The notes below the pieces were generated by a model that was not told where the DNA came from, did not search any database, and was given only the letters and a program-made list of their open reading frames with translations. This document shows positions 49,367 through 58,932 of a stretch of DNA of 64,000 nt, in pieces. The translations under genes were made by a program, and so were the position numbers. Source of the DNA: Patescibacteria group bacterium. GTDB taxonomy: Bacteria > Patescibacteriota > Microgenomatia > UBA8517. Where the stretch lies: NCBI GenBank assembly GCA_018823885.1, contig JAHJHG010000001.1:42439-106438 (forward strand). The letters are read 5' to 3'. Numbering within the stretch: position 1 is the first letter of the stretch; every line of letters starts with the position of its first letter.

Positions 49367-50062
49367 ATGTCCGTCTTCGTTTCAATATGCCAGCTTATTT
49401 TAGTGGTAGTCATTCATGAATGGGGGCATGCATATGCTGCCTCACGCCTTGGATTTTCGTATGACACAATTTTTATTGGTCTTCCTGTCCAGCCCAAAAA
49501 GATTTTTGACTATGGGCGCAAAAAGGTAATTGTGTCACCATGGCTCATTGGAGGAGGAGTAAACATTAGCGAAAAAGGTCTTCTTAAGGCCTCGTTCCCG
49601 AAAAAAATATTAGTTTATGGCGCAGGTCCAGTTTTCAATATTGCAACTGGTTTTATTACCGCCTATCTAATATTTGGGAAAAAGGGCTTAATGATTACTT
49701 GGGGGTTTCTTGATGCTTCTTTCCAAGCCACCGTCATGTTGCTAACAGGGCAAATAGGTTTAGAACAGCTTTCGAGTCCAATTGGAATTGTTTCGATCGC
49801 CTCAAAAGCAATAGAAGCAGATTTCCTACTTGGAGCTGTTTTTATTTGGCTTCTATTGAATTTTGGAGTGGCTATGGCAAACCTTGCGCCAGTTCCAGCA
49901 CTTGATGGAGGACAAATTTGGATGGGCGCCATCTGTTCCCTGTTTGGAAACAAACCGGGAATTGTTAAAATCGTAAAATATTTAACAAGTGTTTTTTTGG
50001 TACTTCTTGTTGGAGGAATGCTATTTCTAACCGCAAGAGATATTGCTCAACTGATGTGGTAA
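49367..50062 (+). CDS. M50-family (site-2 protease-like) membrane zinc metalloprotease, minimal form (ATG 49367 after AAAAGGAGG RBS)
   Basis: HEWGHAYAA (HExxH) in TM helix, LDGG motif (APVPALDGGQIW), about six TMs. Confidence 0.7.
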   Translation: MSVFVSICQLILVVVIHEWGHAYAASRLGFSYDTIFIGLPVQPKKIFDYGRKKVIVSPWLIGGGVNISEKGLLKASFPKKILVYGAGPVFNIATGFITAYLIFGKKGLMITWGFLDASFQATVMLLTGQIGLEQLSSPIGIVSIASKAIEADFLLGAVFIWLLLNFGVAMANLAPVPALDGGQIWMGAICSLFGNKPGIVKIVKYLTSVFLVLLVGGMLFLTARDIAQLMW

Positions 50063-50077
50063 CTAACACGGACAGAA

Positions 50078-50139
50078 CCTGAGGGTACGAGTCTAGAGAG
50101 CAATCTCTATTCAAACGACCCTCATGTTTTTTGGTTTAA
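50078..50139 (+). repeat. conserved structured hairpin element, copy 2 (bidirectional terminator position)
   Basis: CTGAGGGTACGAGTCTAGAGAGCAATCTCTATTCAAACGACCCTCATGTTTTTT; inner stem shortened with compensatory pairing TAGAGA/TCTCTA. Confidence 0.6.
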
Positions 50140-51095
50140 TCTCCGCCTTTACCATGGAATGCCGAATGGATATCGCGAAGGTGTTTGTGAGTTACGTGAG
50201 TATATATTTGAGTAGTTGAAACATTTTTGTGTCCCAACATCTCTTGCACACTCCTTAAGTCTGCACCTGCCATCAGAAGATCCGTAGCAAAACTGTGTCT
50301 CAGGACGTGTGGCGTAACATCAATCGGCAACTTCATTTTTCTAGAATATTTTTTAATCATTCTTTGAACGGATCGGGGAGAGAGCCGCATCTTTTCATCA
50401 GCAAGAGACGGATCCATTTTCCCCTTGTGGCGAACAAAAAGAGGTTTGTATCTGTCATTTCTAGCCTTTAGATATTTCTCTATCCATTCCACCGCTCTTG
50501 AAGACAAAAAGACAACTCTTGTTTTTCCACCCTTTCCCAATATTCCAAACTCCCTTCTTTTAAAATCAATTTTATCTCTATCAAGACTTACTAACTCCGA
50601 AACTCTCAATCCCGTTGAAAATAGAACTTCCAATATTGCCTTGTCTCTTTTCCCTTGAATAGTTGAAAGAGACGGGGCATTAAGAAGTCTATCGACTTGC
50701 TCTCCTGATAAAAATTTAATTTGCCTTTCGTTTATCTTAGGTAGTTCTATCTTGTCTGGGGACATAACCTCTAAATCATTTCTAATCATCCATTTTAAGA
50801 AGGATCTCAATGCAATAACATGGAACCCTTGTGTTTTTCTTGAAAGAGTGCCGCCTTTGCCATCTGAGATTCTTGAAAGATAAACCCTGTACTGTCTTAT
50901 AACTTCCGGGTTAATGTCCTTTGGGGTTTGTCTGATCCCTGCTTTCTCCATCCAAGAACAAAGACGATTTAAATAATGTTTATAGTTCCTGATGGTTAGG
51001 GGAGAGGCACCTTTTTCAATTTCTAAATATTCCAAAAAATTATTACAGAGTTTTATTAAAGGAGAAACTTTTTTTGACGATTGGACAGTCGGCAT
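50136..51095 (-). CDS. tyrosine site-specific recombinase XerC/XerD family
   Basis: R..HxxR..Y catalytic signature: LRVSELVSLDRDKID, HVLRHSFATDLLMAGADLRSVQEMLGHKNVSTTQIYTHV. Confidence 0.85.
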   Translation of the reverse strand: MPTVQSSKKVSPLIKLCNNFLEYLEIEKGASPLTIRNYKHYLNRLCSWMEKAGIRQTPKDINPEVIRQYRVYLSRISDGKGGTLSRKTQGFHVIALRSFLKWMIRNDLEVMSPDKIELPKINERQIKFLSGEQVDRLLNAPSLSTIQGKRDKAILEVLFSTGLRVSELVSLDRDKIDFKRREFGILGKGGKTRVVFLSSRAVEWIEKYLKARNDRYKPLFVRHKGKMDPSLADEKMRLSPRSVQRMIKKYSRKMKLPIDVTPHVLRHSFATDLLMAGADLRSVQEMLGHKNVSTTQIYTHVTHKHLRDIHSAFHGKGGD

Positions 51096-51187
51096 TTTTA
51101 GAAAAGTTAATTGTTAAATAGGGAAGACCCTATATAAAAAATTAACATAACCAACGCAGGTTGTCAATATTGTGCGACATAGAGAGA

Positions 51188-51862
51188 CTAAGCACGAAAG
51201 AGAGTATTTTGGGCGTCATGCAGCGTTGGAGGCTGGTTGTTGTCTCCAACTATCCTTATCATTTTATCTCCAATAAAATCATCAAGAGCTGAATCATTGT
51301 TAAGTAAAATAACCAATGCATCAGTGTGGTTAATGATCACTTCTGCATGATGAAGCGCGTCTTCGAAAAACGCGTTAACCCCCAAAAGACCTATCATCCT
51401 TGCTTTAAAAATCTCTCCCTTCATTTTATCGTTTTCTCTAATAATAATTTGGTCTCTCTTTATCCATGGCATTTTTTCTTCATACCATTCAAATGTACTT
51501 TGCCTATAACTGGGAAGTCTTGAAGTTATTATTGGAAAAAATATTTTCCTATCGGCAAGTTGTTTTGTAATTTCAACAGCACCGGGCATTGGTCTTGCGC
51601 GCAATAAAATATCGGGCCTTTTAAACCAAAGATAATTATCAATCTCTAAGGCCGCTTTTTTACTTATTCCAAAATCTTCTTCGGCCCATCTTGCTAAAGT
51701 GCGATATTCTCGCATTTCATCAACAGTATGATTGGTTCTAAAAATTCTATTATATTCATCTACGACCGGCGTCCTTGTATTTGCGATAACCCCGTCATGA
51801 TCAAAACCGATTTTGTGTTTTTTGAAAAAATCTTCTGGACTTTGCAATTTTTCTTTTGACAT
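51188..51862 (-). CDS. HAD-superfamily 5'(3')-deoxyribonucleotidase-like (NT5C family) protein
   Basis: N-terminal FDHDGVIAN (DxDGV HAD motif I); size and downstream Asp pattern compatible with NT5C. Confidence 0.45.
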   Translation of the reverse strand: MSKEKLQSPEDFFKKHKIGFDHDGVIANTRTPVVDEYNRIFRTNHTVDEMREYRTLARWAEEDFGISKKAALEIDNYLWFKRPDILLRARPMPGAVEITKQLADRKIFFPIITSRLPSYRQSTFEWYEEKMPWIKRDQIIIRENDKMKGEIFKARMIGLLGVNAFFEDALHHAEVIINHTDALVILLNNDSALDDFIGDKMIRIVGDNNQPPTLHDAQNTLFRA

Positions 51863-52140
51863 CGAAATGCGATTGTAACAAAAACGCGACGATTTATCGA
51901 CACAAAGACAAAGCTATCGCTTTCTGAAATCAATTCTAAGAACATGATAAAAGAAAAGATAGACAACTAATCGTCTCAACAAGCTTCATTAACAATAATT
52001 GATAAAAAATATTAAATCATTAAAGATTTACCAAAACCGGGGGAGAGGGGTAAAAGCATCAAAATTTATTTTCGGTTTTTGTTTGGAGAGGTTATTTAGA
52101 GATAAATCGTAAACGGAGGATTATAAATATATTTTGTAAC

Positions 52141-52660
52141 ATTTCCAAAACCATTCTGGGACAAAGGCTTTGAGAGTAGTAGAAAACACCCGCCCACCCC
52201 TATGATTTTATATACGTCGCAAAAGTATCATTGTGCGACTATATACGAATTGCCCTCCACTCCATATTCCTGTCAAAAGATTTAGGGACACATTCTTTTA
52301 AGAGAAGACCAATGCTTAGTTGTATCTCTCTGGTTGCTCTCTAAAGGCCTTGTTCTCCCAACTTGATACCTGTCTTCATTAAGAACAAGAGAGTCTCGAT
52401 AGGGGCTTTTTGGCACTCTCCACTCAGGATTAGTTATCCACAAAGGGGACGTAATAAGCTCGACTCACTACTTTTCGTGCCTGATAACTATATCATTCCG
52501 TATCAATTGTCCTTCGGTTTATCTTTGGCAACGTCGCTATTTGTCATCCCGTGAAAAAATACCATAAATATCGTGAAAACTCCCCCTCTGCCGCATTCTA
52601 TGAAGATAAATTATAGGACATCTACTACCCTCCTCCCCTCCCGGATGGGTCTTTAAAATT
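52141..52660 (-). ncRNA. candidate large structured non-coding RNA (strand uncertain) in 830-bp ORF-free region
   Basis: No ORF >=60 aa on minus strand; long-range complementary boxes GAGTAGTAGA (52180-52189) / TCTACTAC (52621-52628); G-rich tracts on minus strand; several local hairpins incl. UUCG tetraloop; GC higher than flanks. Confidence 0.25.
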
Positions 52661-52693
52661 TAGAAGATTTCAGTAAAACAAGATTTATTTAAT

Positions 52694-53491
52694 TTAGCCT
52701 CCCCAGTGAGTTGCGAAAAACATTCCTATAAACACAAAAGCGCCCACAAAAAGGTATTCCCTAACTGTCTGCGCAAAAAGCCTAGCCTCAAGCTTCGCCT
52801 GTCCCAAGCCTAGTAATATATATGCAGCAACAGTCAGAAAGAGTGATCCTACAACCACAGTCACTGGCCAGAAGAATAGGCTTACAGCCACTTCCCCCAC
52901 AATAATGCTTGCCACAACAGACATCATAATAAGATCTTTGGAAATTTTTCTCTCAAGCGGGATTGTCCAAAACCCCTGCAGGAATAAAGGGAATGACGCG
53001 AACGCTGAAAATATGCTTGTAATTATAATTGACGCTTTTAGTGACAAGATTGTGTCAAAAATAAGGAAAGAGGTCACCAAAGTGAGTACAAAACCAACTC
53101 CCCTAGCTGCCCTTAACAAAGCAATCGTTCTTATTGTAGCAACCGTATAAATATTTGTAGTTAGGCAAAGCGCATATATACCCAACCCGTAAAAGATAAC
53201 CGCGGGGAGTCTGGCAAACACATTAGTCGGAAGAAGAAACCAAAAAAGCCCAACGCCAATTGTAAAAAGTGTTGGCAAAACTAAAGCCAGTAATGTTAAA
53301 TTTTTCCCCAAGCCTTCTCTTAGTGACCAGGCAAAGAGTATTAGGGTTAATAATCCCAACGCGCCAATCGTAAAAAATCTAAATTGATTTTCGATAAAAA
53401 GGCCATCTCTTGAAGTACTTATTAGTTGAATTGCAATAAAGCCTAAAGAGAGAGTAATCGATGTTATAAAAAATCTTTTTCTTTTACTCAT
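52694..53491 (-). CDS. polytopic membrane protein, hypothetical
   Basis: Seven or eight predicted TM helices; overlaps yebC start by 8 nt. Confidence 0.5.
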   Translation of the reverse strand: MSKRKRFFITSITLSLGFIAIQLISTSRDGLFIENQFRFFTIGALGLLTLILFAWSLREGLGKNLTLLALVLPTLFTIGVGLFWFLLPTNVFARLPAVIFYGLGIYALCLTTNIYTVATIRTIALLRAARGVGFVLTLVTSFLIFDTILSLKASIIITSIFSAFASFPLFLQGFWTIPLERKISKDLIMMSVVASIIVGEVAVSLFFWPVTVVVGSLFLTVAAYILLGLGQAKLEARLFAQTVREYLFVGAFVFIGMFFATHWGG

Positions 53492-54230
53492 TTGCTATTT
53501 TTTCTAAAATATCTTCTGGAATATCAAAATTAGCAAACACTTTCTGAACATCGTCGTGTTTTTCTAAATTGTCCAAGAGAGAAAGAACCTTACTTGCCTT
53601 TTTCTCGTCCACCAGTGATTGATAGTTTTTCGGTTTTTGTACCAACTCTGTTGAAATTATGTTGAAACCTTTTCCTTCTAATTTTTCTCTAGTTTGACTG
53701 AGAACATTCGCATCAACATATACCTCAATCCCATCACTTGATTCTTCCATATCCTCTACATCAAGATCTATTAGCGTTAACATTTGTTCTTCTGTATTTT
53801 TATCTTTTTTTACTATCAAAAACCCCCTAGGCTCAAAGTTAAAAGATACTGCCCCAGGACCAGCTAAGCTTCCTCCCCCTTTTTCGAATATATTTTTAAT
53901 TTCTTGTCCGGATCGATTTCTATTATCAGTGGCCACCTCGACCATTATCGCAACACCTTCGGGACCAAATCCCTCATATGTTACTTCTTCAAGCGCCCCC
54001 CCTGCTGTGCCCTTAGATATTGCTCGTTCAATATTTACCTTCGGCATGTTTAGCGCTCTGGCTTTATCAATAGCTACTCTTAATTTATAGTTTGATTCCG
54101 GAACTGGTCCTCCCCCTGTCTTTACAGCAATAGATATAGCTCGAGTCAGTTTTGAAAACACCTGGCCCTTTGCGGCATCATTGGACTCTTTTTGTCTTTT
54201 GATTGTTGAATAATGTGAATGCCCACTCAT
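53484..54230 (-). CDS. yebC: YebC/PmpR-family transcriptional regulator (start ATG at 54230; ORF-track extension upstream)
   Basis: MSGHSHYSTIKRQKESNDAAKGQVFSKL... canonical YebC/TACO1 N-terminus. Confidence 0.85.
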   Translation of the reverse strand: MSGHSHYSTIKRQKESNDAAKGQVFSKLTRAISIAVKTGGGPVPESNYKLRVAIDKARALNMPKVNIERAISKGTAGGALEEVTYEGFGPEGVAIMVEVATDNRNRSGQEIKNIFEKGGGSLAGPGAVSFNFEPRGFLIVKKDKNTEEQMLTLIDLDVEDMEESSDGIEVYVDANVLSQTREKLEGKGFNIISTELVQKPKNYQSLVDEKKASKVLSLLDNLEKHDDVQKVFANFDIPEDILEKIANE

Positions 54231-54374
54231 TTCAAGTGTAATTATATACGAAAACATACCGCAGCCCAAAGAAAAAGGCGCCTCTCGCAATAAACATTAC
54301 TACTGCGAGGGCGCCACACTCCTTTGCACACAATGCAAGCATTACACAAACGTCAAGGATGAAATCCAACGATG

Positions 54375-54590
54375 TTATTCCCCCTGACTCTCCGCCTTAT
54401 CGATTATGGAAAGCCAGTCGGATACTGTTGTAATAATGTTTGTAATTGACAACAGTACTAAGCCACCAGCGAACAACAATATTGCAATTATTCTTTCGCT
54501 ATCTGCTGGTGAATATCGGGACATTAAAAAAGCTCCCAACATGAGCGATACTACCCCAATAATTACAAGTACATTGAATGTTTTGTTCAT
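54375..54590 (-). CDS. small membrane protein
   Basis: 71 aa, two TM helices. Confidence 0.3.
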   Translation of the reverse strand: MNKTFNVLVIIGVVSLMLGAFLMSRYSPADSERIIAILLFAGGLVLLSITNIITTVSDWLSIIDKAESQGE

Positions 54591-54849
54591 TTCTCCTCCT
54601 AGTATGTGGAATGTTAACGATCTTTTGAGTTAAAAAGCCTGCCAATTACCTTTTCGGTAAGCATGTCATAGGCCTAAATTAGAGCGAACAAATAATATAC
54701 CACACGACATGCTCTCAAGTCCAACTATAGGCCGAGTGTTCTCCCCTCTCACTATCTCCCCTATTAATCCAAAGTCATGAACTGTCCATAGCCTCTTGAC
54801 AACGCTCTTATCATATCTATACTCAGAATGAGTTGCGACGTTAAATATC

Positions 54850-55545
54850 ATGCACCAAAACCTTGCCCAAAAAGCAATTTCCGCGGCCCTAATGGCAAAC
54901 TGGAATGATGCTTTGAAACTAAACAAACAAGTCCTCAAAGACGATCCAAAAGATGTCGATGCTCTAAATCGACTTGCAAGAGCCTACTCTGAGCTAGGAG
55001 AAATTATTAAAGCAAAGAATATTGCCCAAAAAGTAATGACTATTGATCCTCATAATACAATTGCCGCAAAAGCACTAGAAAAATGGAAAGGCCTAAAGAA
55101 AGGAAAAATAGCGGGCCCAACAAAATTTTCAGCAAGGGCATTTTTAGAAGAGCCTGGTAAAACCAAAATTGTAACACTTCTCCACTTAGGTGATTGCAAT
55201 AAGGTCCTAGCGAATTTAGACTCTGGAGACGAGGTAATGCTCAAACTAGGGAACCATAGAATCTCAGTTTGTACTCTAAACAAAAAATATATTGGACGTT
55301 TGCCAGATGATGTTTCGGTAAGCTTGATAAAATTGATCAAAGGTGGAAATAAATACCAGGCCTTTATTAAATCCTCTAGGCCTCAAGAAGTAAACGTATT
55401 TATACGCGAAACCAAAAGAGCCAAAGAGCTCGCCGATGTTCCTTCCTTTTCCTCAGAAAAAATTAATTATATATCCTTTACCCCCCCGGAACTCGTCCAC
55501 AAAAAACAATCTATTAAGGCAATGGGTATAGACGACGAAGATTAA
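54850..55545 (+). CDS. TPR-repeat protein with C-terminal uncharacterised domain
   Basis: N-terminal approx 100 aa with TPR-like helices (WNDALKLNKQVLKDDPKDVDALNRLARAYSELGEIIKAKNIAQKV). Confidence 0.5.
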   Translation: MHQNLAQKAISAALMANWNDALKLNKQVLKDDPKDVDALNRLARAYSELGEIIKAKNIAQKVMTIDPHNTIAAKALEKWKGLKKGKIAGPTKFSARAFLEEPGKTKIVTLLHLGDCNKVLANLDSGDEVMLKLGNHRISVCTLNKKYIGRLPDDVSVSLIKLIKGGNKYQAFIKSSRPQEVNVFIRETKRAKELADVPSFSSEKINYISFTPPELVHKKQSIKAMGIDDED

Positions 55546-56474
55546 AACCTCTTAGGAAAATCCCTCCCAATCTTTATCTCCAAATCAAAATTTCCTTCTG
55601 GGGCAGTCTTCAGTTTTTTACAAGAGAAGACTTGTGCAATTTCCTCAAGTAGTTCTTTTTCTTTCCCTCTCACTTCGCAGTCGCCATCGTCAGCTTCTTC
55701 TTTCTTTATATTAGCTAATTTAATACCCATTACTTCAAAAACTTCTCCAATTTCTTCTGCTGTGTTTGCTTTTCCCGTTGCATCAAGTATTACTACAGTT
55801 GTTCCCTCGCTAGAAATATTTGGGTTAGAAAACAGCGCGATAATATAATTTGGCAATCTGCCAGCCAAAACATACCCCTCTTCCCCCCCTATGAGGGTGA
55901 CTTTTTTAAGAATATTGCCTTCCGAAAAATCTATATTTTCCCTTTTTAAATTTTTAATTCTGAGAGAAAATAGCCCCAATTTAAGCCTGTCCCCTATCCC
56001 TAAATTTGTTTTATATGGCAATAGGCTTGCCTTGATAATTCCCACCAAATCACCATCAGCAAACCCTAAGGCAGGAGCATCCGCCCAAGCGGACACCGGA
56101 AACTTGAAATATTTAACTACAGTTTCTGCCAAAAGCCTTCCTTCCAAATCTTCATTTTCCCCAAGTTCTCGCACGCTCCCCAGTTTCCAACGACCTAGTT
56201 GTCTGGCTACATCCACCTCAGTATCCTTGGGAATGATAATGTTAGTAATCTTTTCAAGCCCAGGATCAAACACTGAAATGACCACTTCTCCGCTTTCATT
56301 GCAAATTACTAAGAACGTTTTTGCTGAAGATTTCCAAAATCTCGTTTGAAAAGTAATCAGAAGAAATATCAATAACGGGACGAGGAGAATAAATAGCCAT
56401 TTGACATAACTATTTTTTCCATTCCTTTTCGCCTTTTGCTTAGCACGTTTTTTTCTTCTTTGGGCAGGTGACAT
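55542..56474 (-). CDS. membrane-anchored LytR_C-domain protein
   Basis: Basic N-terminus + TM; C-terminal VVILDATGKANTAEEIGEVFEVMGIKLANI resembles LytR_C (V.VLNGTG..GLA). Confidence 0.45.
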   Translation of the reverse strand: MSPAQRRKKRAKQKAKRNGKNSYVKWLFILLVPLLIFLLITFQTRFWKSSAKTFLVICNESGEVVISVFDPGLEKITNIIIPKDTEVDVARQLGRWKLGSVRELGENEDLEGRLLAETVVKYFKFPVSAWADAPALGFADGDLVGIIKASLLPYKTNLGIGDRLKLGLFSLRIKNLKRENIDFSEGNILKKVTLIGGEEGYVLAGRLPNYIIALFSNPNISSEGTTVVILDATGKANTAEEIGEVFEVMGIKLANIKKEEADDGDCEVRGKEKELLEEIAQVFSCKKLKTAPEGNFDLEIKIGRDFPKRF

Positions 56475-56570
56475 ACTATTCGCAAAATTAGTACCTAAAT
56501 CATTTTGAATTTATCTCGGCTATATCTAGTTTAGATTAAAATCTAGCCTTGTGTAAAGAAGCATGAAAAG

Positions 56571-57278
56571 TTAATCAGTCAATAGAGTAAGTTTTTGTAA
56601 CACTTTCCCCAAATCGTTAGGAAGATCCGCCTGAAAGGTTAATTTCTTGTTTGTTCTCGGGTGAACAAAGGAGATATTTTTGGCGTGCAAGAATAGCCTT
56701 GGACACCAAGTTATATCTTTTCTTGAAGTTTTTCGGCCAGCATAAAATTCGTCCGCCACAAGAGGATAGCCTAAATACTTCATATGAATCCTAATTTGGT
56801 GGGTTCTTCCCGTCTTAGGAAAAACATTAACTAGGCTGAATATATCTTTGTCCTTTTTATAGTAATTAATCACTTCATAATTAGTTTCTGCTGAGCGTCC
56901 GCCAGGCAGAACACCAAAACGCTCTCTATTCCATGGGAGTCTGCCAACCGGTGCTTTTATTTGACCTTTTTTTATCTCGATTTTTCCGTGAACTAAGCAT
57001 TGATAGCTTTTTTCCACGCTTCTCTCTTTAAACTGCCTTTGAATATCTTCAAAGGCTTTCGTAGTCTTAGCAACGATCATGATTCCACTAGTCCCCTTGT
57101 CGAGTCTGTGAACTATACCTGCTCGTCCACCTATCCCCTCATCTTTGAGTTTTAAATATTCTTCAAGCCAATCTTGAACCGTAGGTTCTTTTGTCGTATT
57201 GGCTCTATTCACTACCATTCCAGACGGTTTATTAAGTAGCAAAAGATCTTTGTCTTCAAATATTATTTTCGTATCCAT
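56571..57278 (-). CDS. RluA-family pseudouridine synthase
   Basis: Catalytic HRLDKGTSGIMIVAKT motif. Confidence 0.8.
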   Translation of the reverse strand: MDTKIIFEDKDLLLLNKPSGMVVNRANTTKEPTVQDWLEEYLKLKDEGIGGRAGIVHRLDKGTSGIMIVAKTTKAFEDIQRQFKERSVEKSYQCLVHGKIEIKKGQIKAPVGRLPWNRERFGVLPGGRSAETNYEVINYYKKDKDIFSLVNVFPKTGRTHQIRIHMKYLGYPLVADEFYAGRKTSRKDITWCPRLFLHAKNISFVHPRTNKKLTFQADLPNDLGKVLQKLTLLTD

Positions 57279-57303
57279 ATTTATATAGTATCATCTGAGA
57301 AAT

Positions 57304-57326
57304 AAAAAACCGCCTTCCGGCGGCTA
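57304..57326 (-). terminator. rho-independent terminator downstream of dksA/traR-like gene
   Basis: Minus strand reads GCCGCCGGAAGGCGG followed by TTTTTTATTT. Confidence 0.6.
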
Positions 57327-57354
57327 TTTACCAAATCATCATCAGAATCACTAA

Positions 57355-57774
57355 CTACTTTTCTCTTTTTGCCTGACACTTAGCGCAAAGAGTTGCCTCG
57401 GGATAAACCGTCAGTCTATCCGTGTCAATCATCTTGTCACAATCTTCACAGTGGCCATACTTCCCAATTTTAATACGAGTTAAGGCTTTCTTTGTCTGTA
57501 TTGCTTTTCGTTCTAGTTGTTCTTTTATTGCCGATGTTCTCGCGTGACCAAATTGCTCGGCAGCATCCGTATCAGGGGCCGCATTGTCTAAAATCCTTGA
57601 GGTGTCTTTAAAAGGATCTTCTTTTTCTATTTCTTTTTTTGTTTTCTCTAGTTTCTTCAACCTTCCCTGTAAAAACCTACCAATAGGAGCAAGGAGTTTT
57701 GCAGGAATCTGAATAACACCACCTTTTCCTTTGACCTTTTTTTGCTTTCTTTTTGCTTTTTTCTTTTTCTTCAT
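57355..57774 (-). CDS. DksA/TraR-family C4 zinc-finger protein with basic N-terminal extension
   Basis: C-terminal CEDCDKMI...CAKCQ four-Cys finger; coiled-coil region. Confidence 0.7.
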   Translation of the reverse strand: MKKKKKAKRKQKKVKGKGGVIQIPAKLLAPIGRFLQGRLKKLEKTKKEIEKEDPFKDTSRILDNAAPDTDAAEQFGHARTSAIKEQLERKAIQTKKALTRIKIGKYGHCEDCDKMIDTDRLTVYPEATLCAKCQAKREK

Positions 57775-58373
57775 GTTTGTTGTCTTGATAAGTTAAATAC
57801 CAATAAAAATGAAGTGAAGGCAATCACTCCAGATATAATACTATCTATTGAACCCAAAAAGGATAGCATAGAAGGAAAGCCAACTGCAACTGCCGTCCTT
57901 ATTAAAAATAAAACCCCTAATGTTGTTAAACCAGAGAAGCCTACCTTCCCAGACTTATACCATGTAAATTTCTTGTAATGTGCGTCAAGAAAAGCATAGA
58001 AAGCCATAATCAAAAGCAAAATTATAAAGGCAATAAGTGAAGACAAACTAGTGCTTAAGATAGCGTCTTGCAAAAAGATAAATGAGAACCATGGTAACAA
58101 ACCAATGGTTGTCGCTTCCAGGCTTTCGAAAAATCTAAATTTAAACTTTAGTCTTCCAAGTATAAAGCCCAGAATCACGCCCAGACAATCTGCCCAAAAC
58201 CACCATTGTGGTAGTATTCTTTGGGAAACGAAATTAAATATTCCTATACCCGCTACGATAAATACAGCAAAGGTGAAAATACTTTCCGAATCATAATCTT
58301 CCTTTAATTTTTTCCAAAATATAAAGAAGAAAAACAATACTCCAGATATGTTAAATAGTATTTTTGCAATCAT
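57771..58373 (-). CDS. membrane protein, hypothetical
   Basis: Five or six TM helices. Confidence 0.45.
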   Translation of the reverse strand: MIAKILFNISGVLFFFFIFWKKLKEDYDSESIFTFAVFIVAGIGIFNFVSQRILPQWWFWADCLGVILGFILGRLKFKFRFFESLEATTIGLLPWFSFIFLQDAILSTSLSSLIAFIILLLIMAFYAFLDAHYKKFTWYKSGKVGFSGLTTLGVLFLIRTAVAVGFPSMLSFLGSIDSIISGVIAFTSFLLVFNLSRQQT

Positions 58374-58464
58374 GTTACGAACGTATTAACTAAAGTATAT
58401 CAAGTTCTCAAGGCTTCTCCCATATTTGACTTGAACAGCGCGCAAGCGCTATCATTTTTACATT

Positions 58465-58926
58465 GTGTTAGAAACACCCCATGTCGCAGTAGGGGCAGCA
58501 ATCGCTACAAAGGTAGTAAACCCTATCCTTGCAATACCTTTGGCTTTTGGAAGCCATTTCCTTCTTGAAAAAATACCTCATTGGAATCCCCACCTTAATA
58601 CAGAAACAGAAAAATACGGTAAGCCCACCCAAAAAAGTACTGCGGTTGTAATTATCGATGTTTGTGCATCTCTTGCTCTTGGATTTTTTATAGCTTCCAA
58701 AGCACTTCCCAACACCTCTCATGCAGCAACTATTTTAGTTGCATCTTTTGCTTCCGTATTGCCGGATATAATTGAAGGCCCTTACTTTTTCTTAGGAATA
58801 AGAAATAAATTTATTAAGAAGTGGATTATATTCCAAAAATCACTTCAGGAAGATACAAATATCATCCCGGGGCTTTTAACTCAAGCTCTTACAATCTTTG
58901 CCGCTCTTTGGTGGATTTTTGCTTGA
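58465..58926 (+). CDS. membrane protein, hypothetical
   Basis: Four TM helices. Confidence 0.4.
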   Translation: MLETPHVAVGAAIATKVVNPILAIPLAFGSHFLLEKIPHWNPHLNTETEKYGKPTQKSTAVVIIDVCASLALGFFIASKALPNTSHAATILVASFASVLPDIIEGPYFFLGIRNKFIKKWIIFQKSLQEDTNIIPGLLTQALTIFAALWWIFA

Positions 58927-58932
58927 GGCCCA

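Noticed and set aside
49177-50139. Integron attC-flanked cassette interpretation of the two hairpin repeats around the M50 gene
   Set aside because: No GTTRRRY / RYYYAAC core sites at the repeat ends, and the adjacent recombinase looks XerC/D-like rather than IntI; kept as structured repeat or terminator family.
52441-52470. GGGGACGTAATAAGCTCGACTCAC resembling a tmRNA 5' end
   Set aside because: No downstream tRNA-like T-arm (GGTTCGA-TCC) or CCA-adjacent acceptor complement, and no ...ALAA-stop tag frame; treated instead as part of an unclassified candidate RNA.
54666-54938. 90-aa minus ORF
   Set aside because: Overlaps the start of the TPR protein gene, which is the better-supported call; no RBS.
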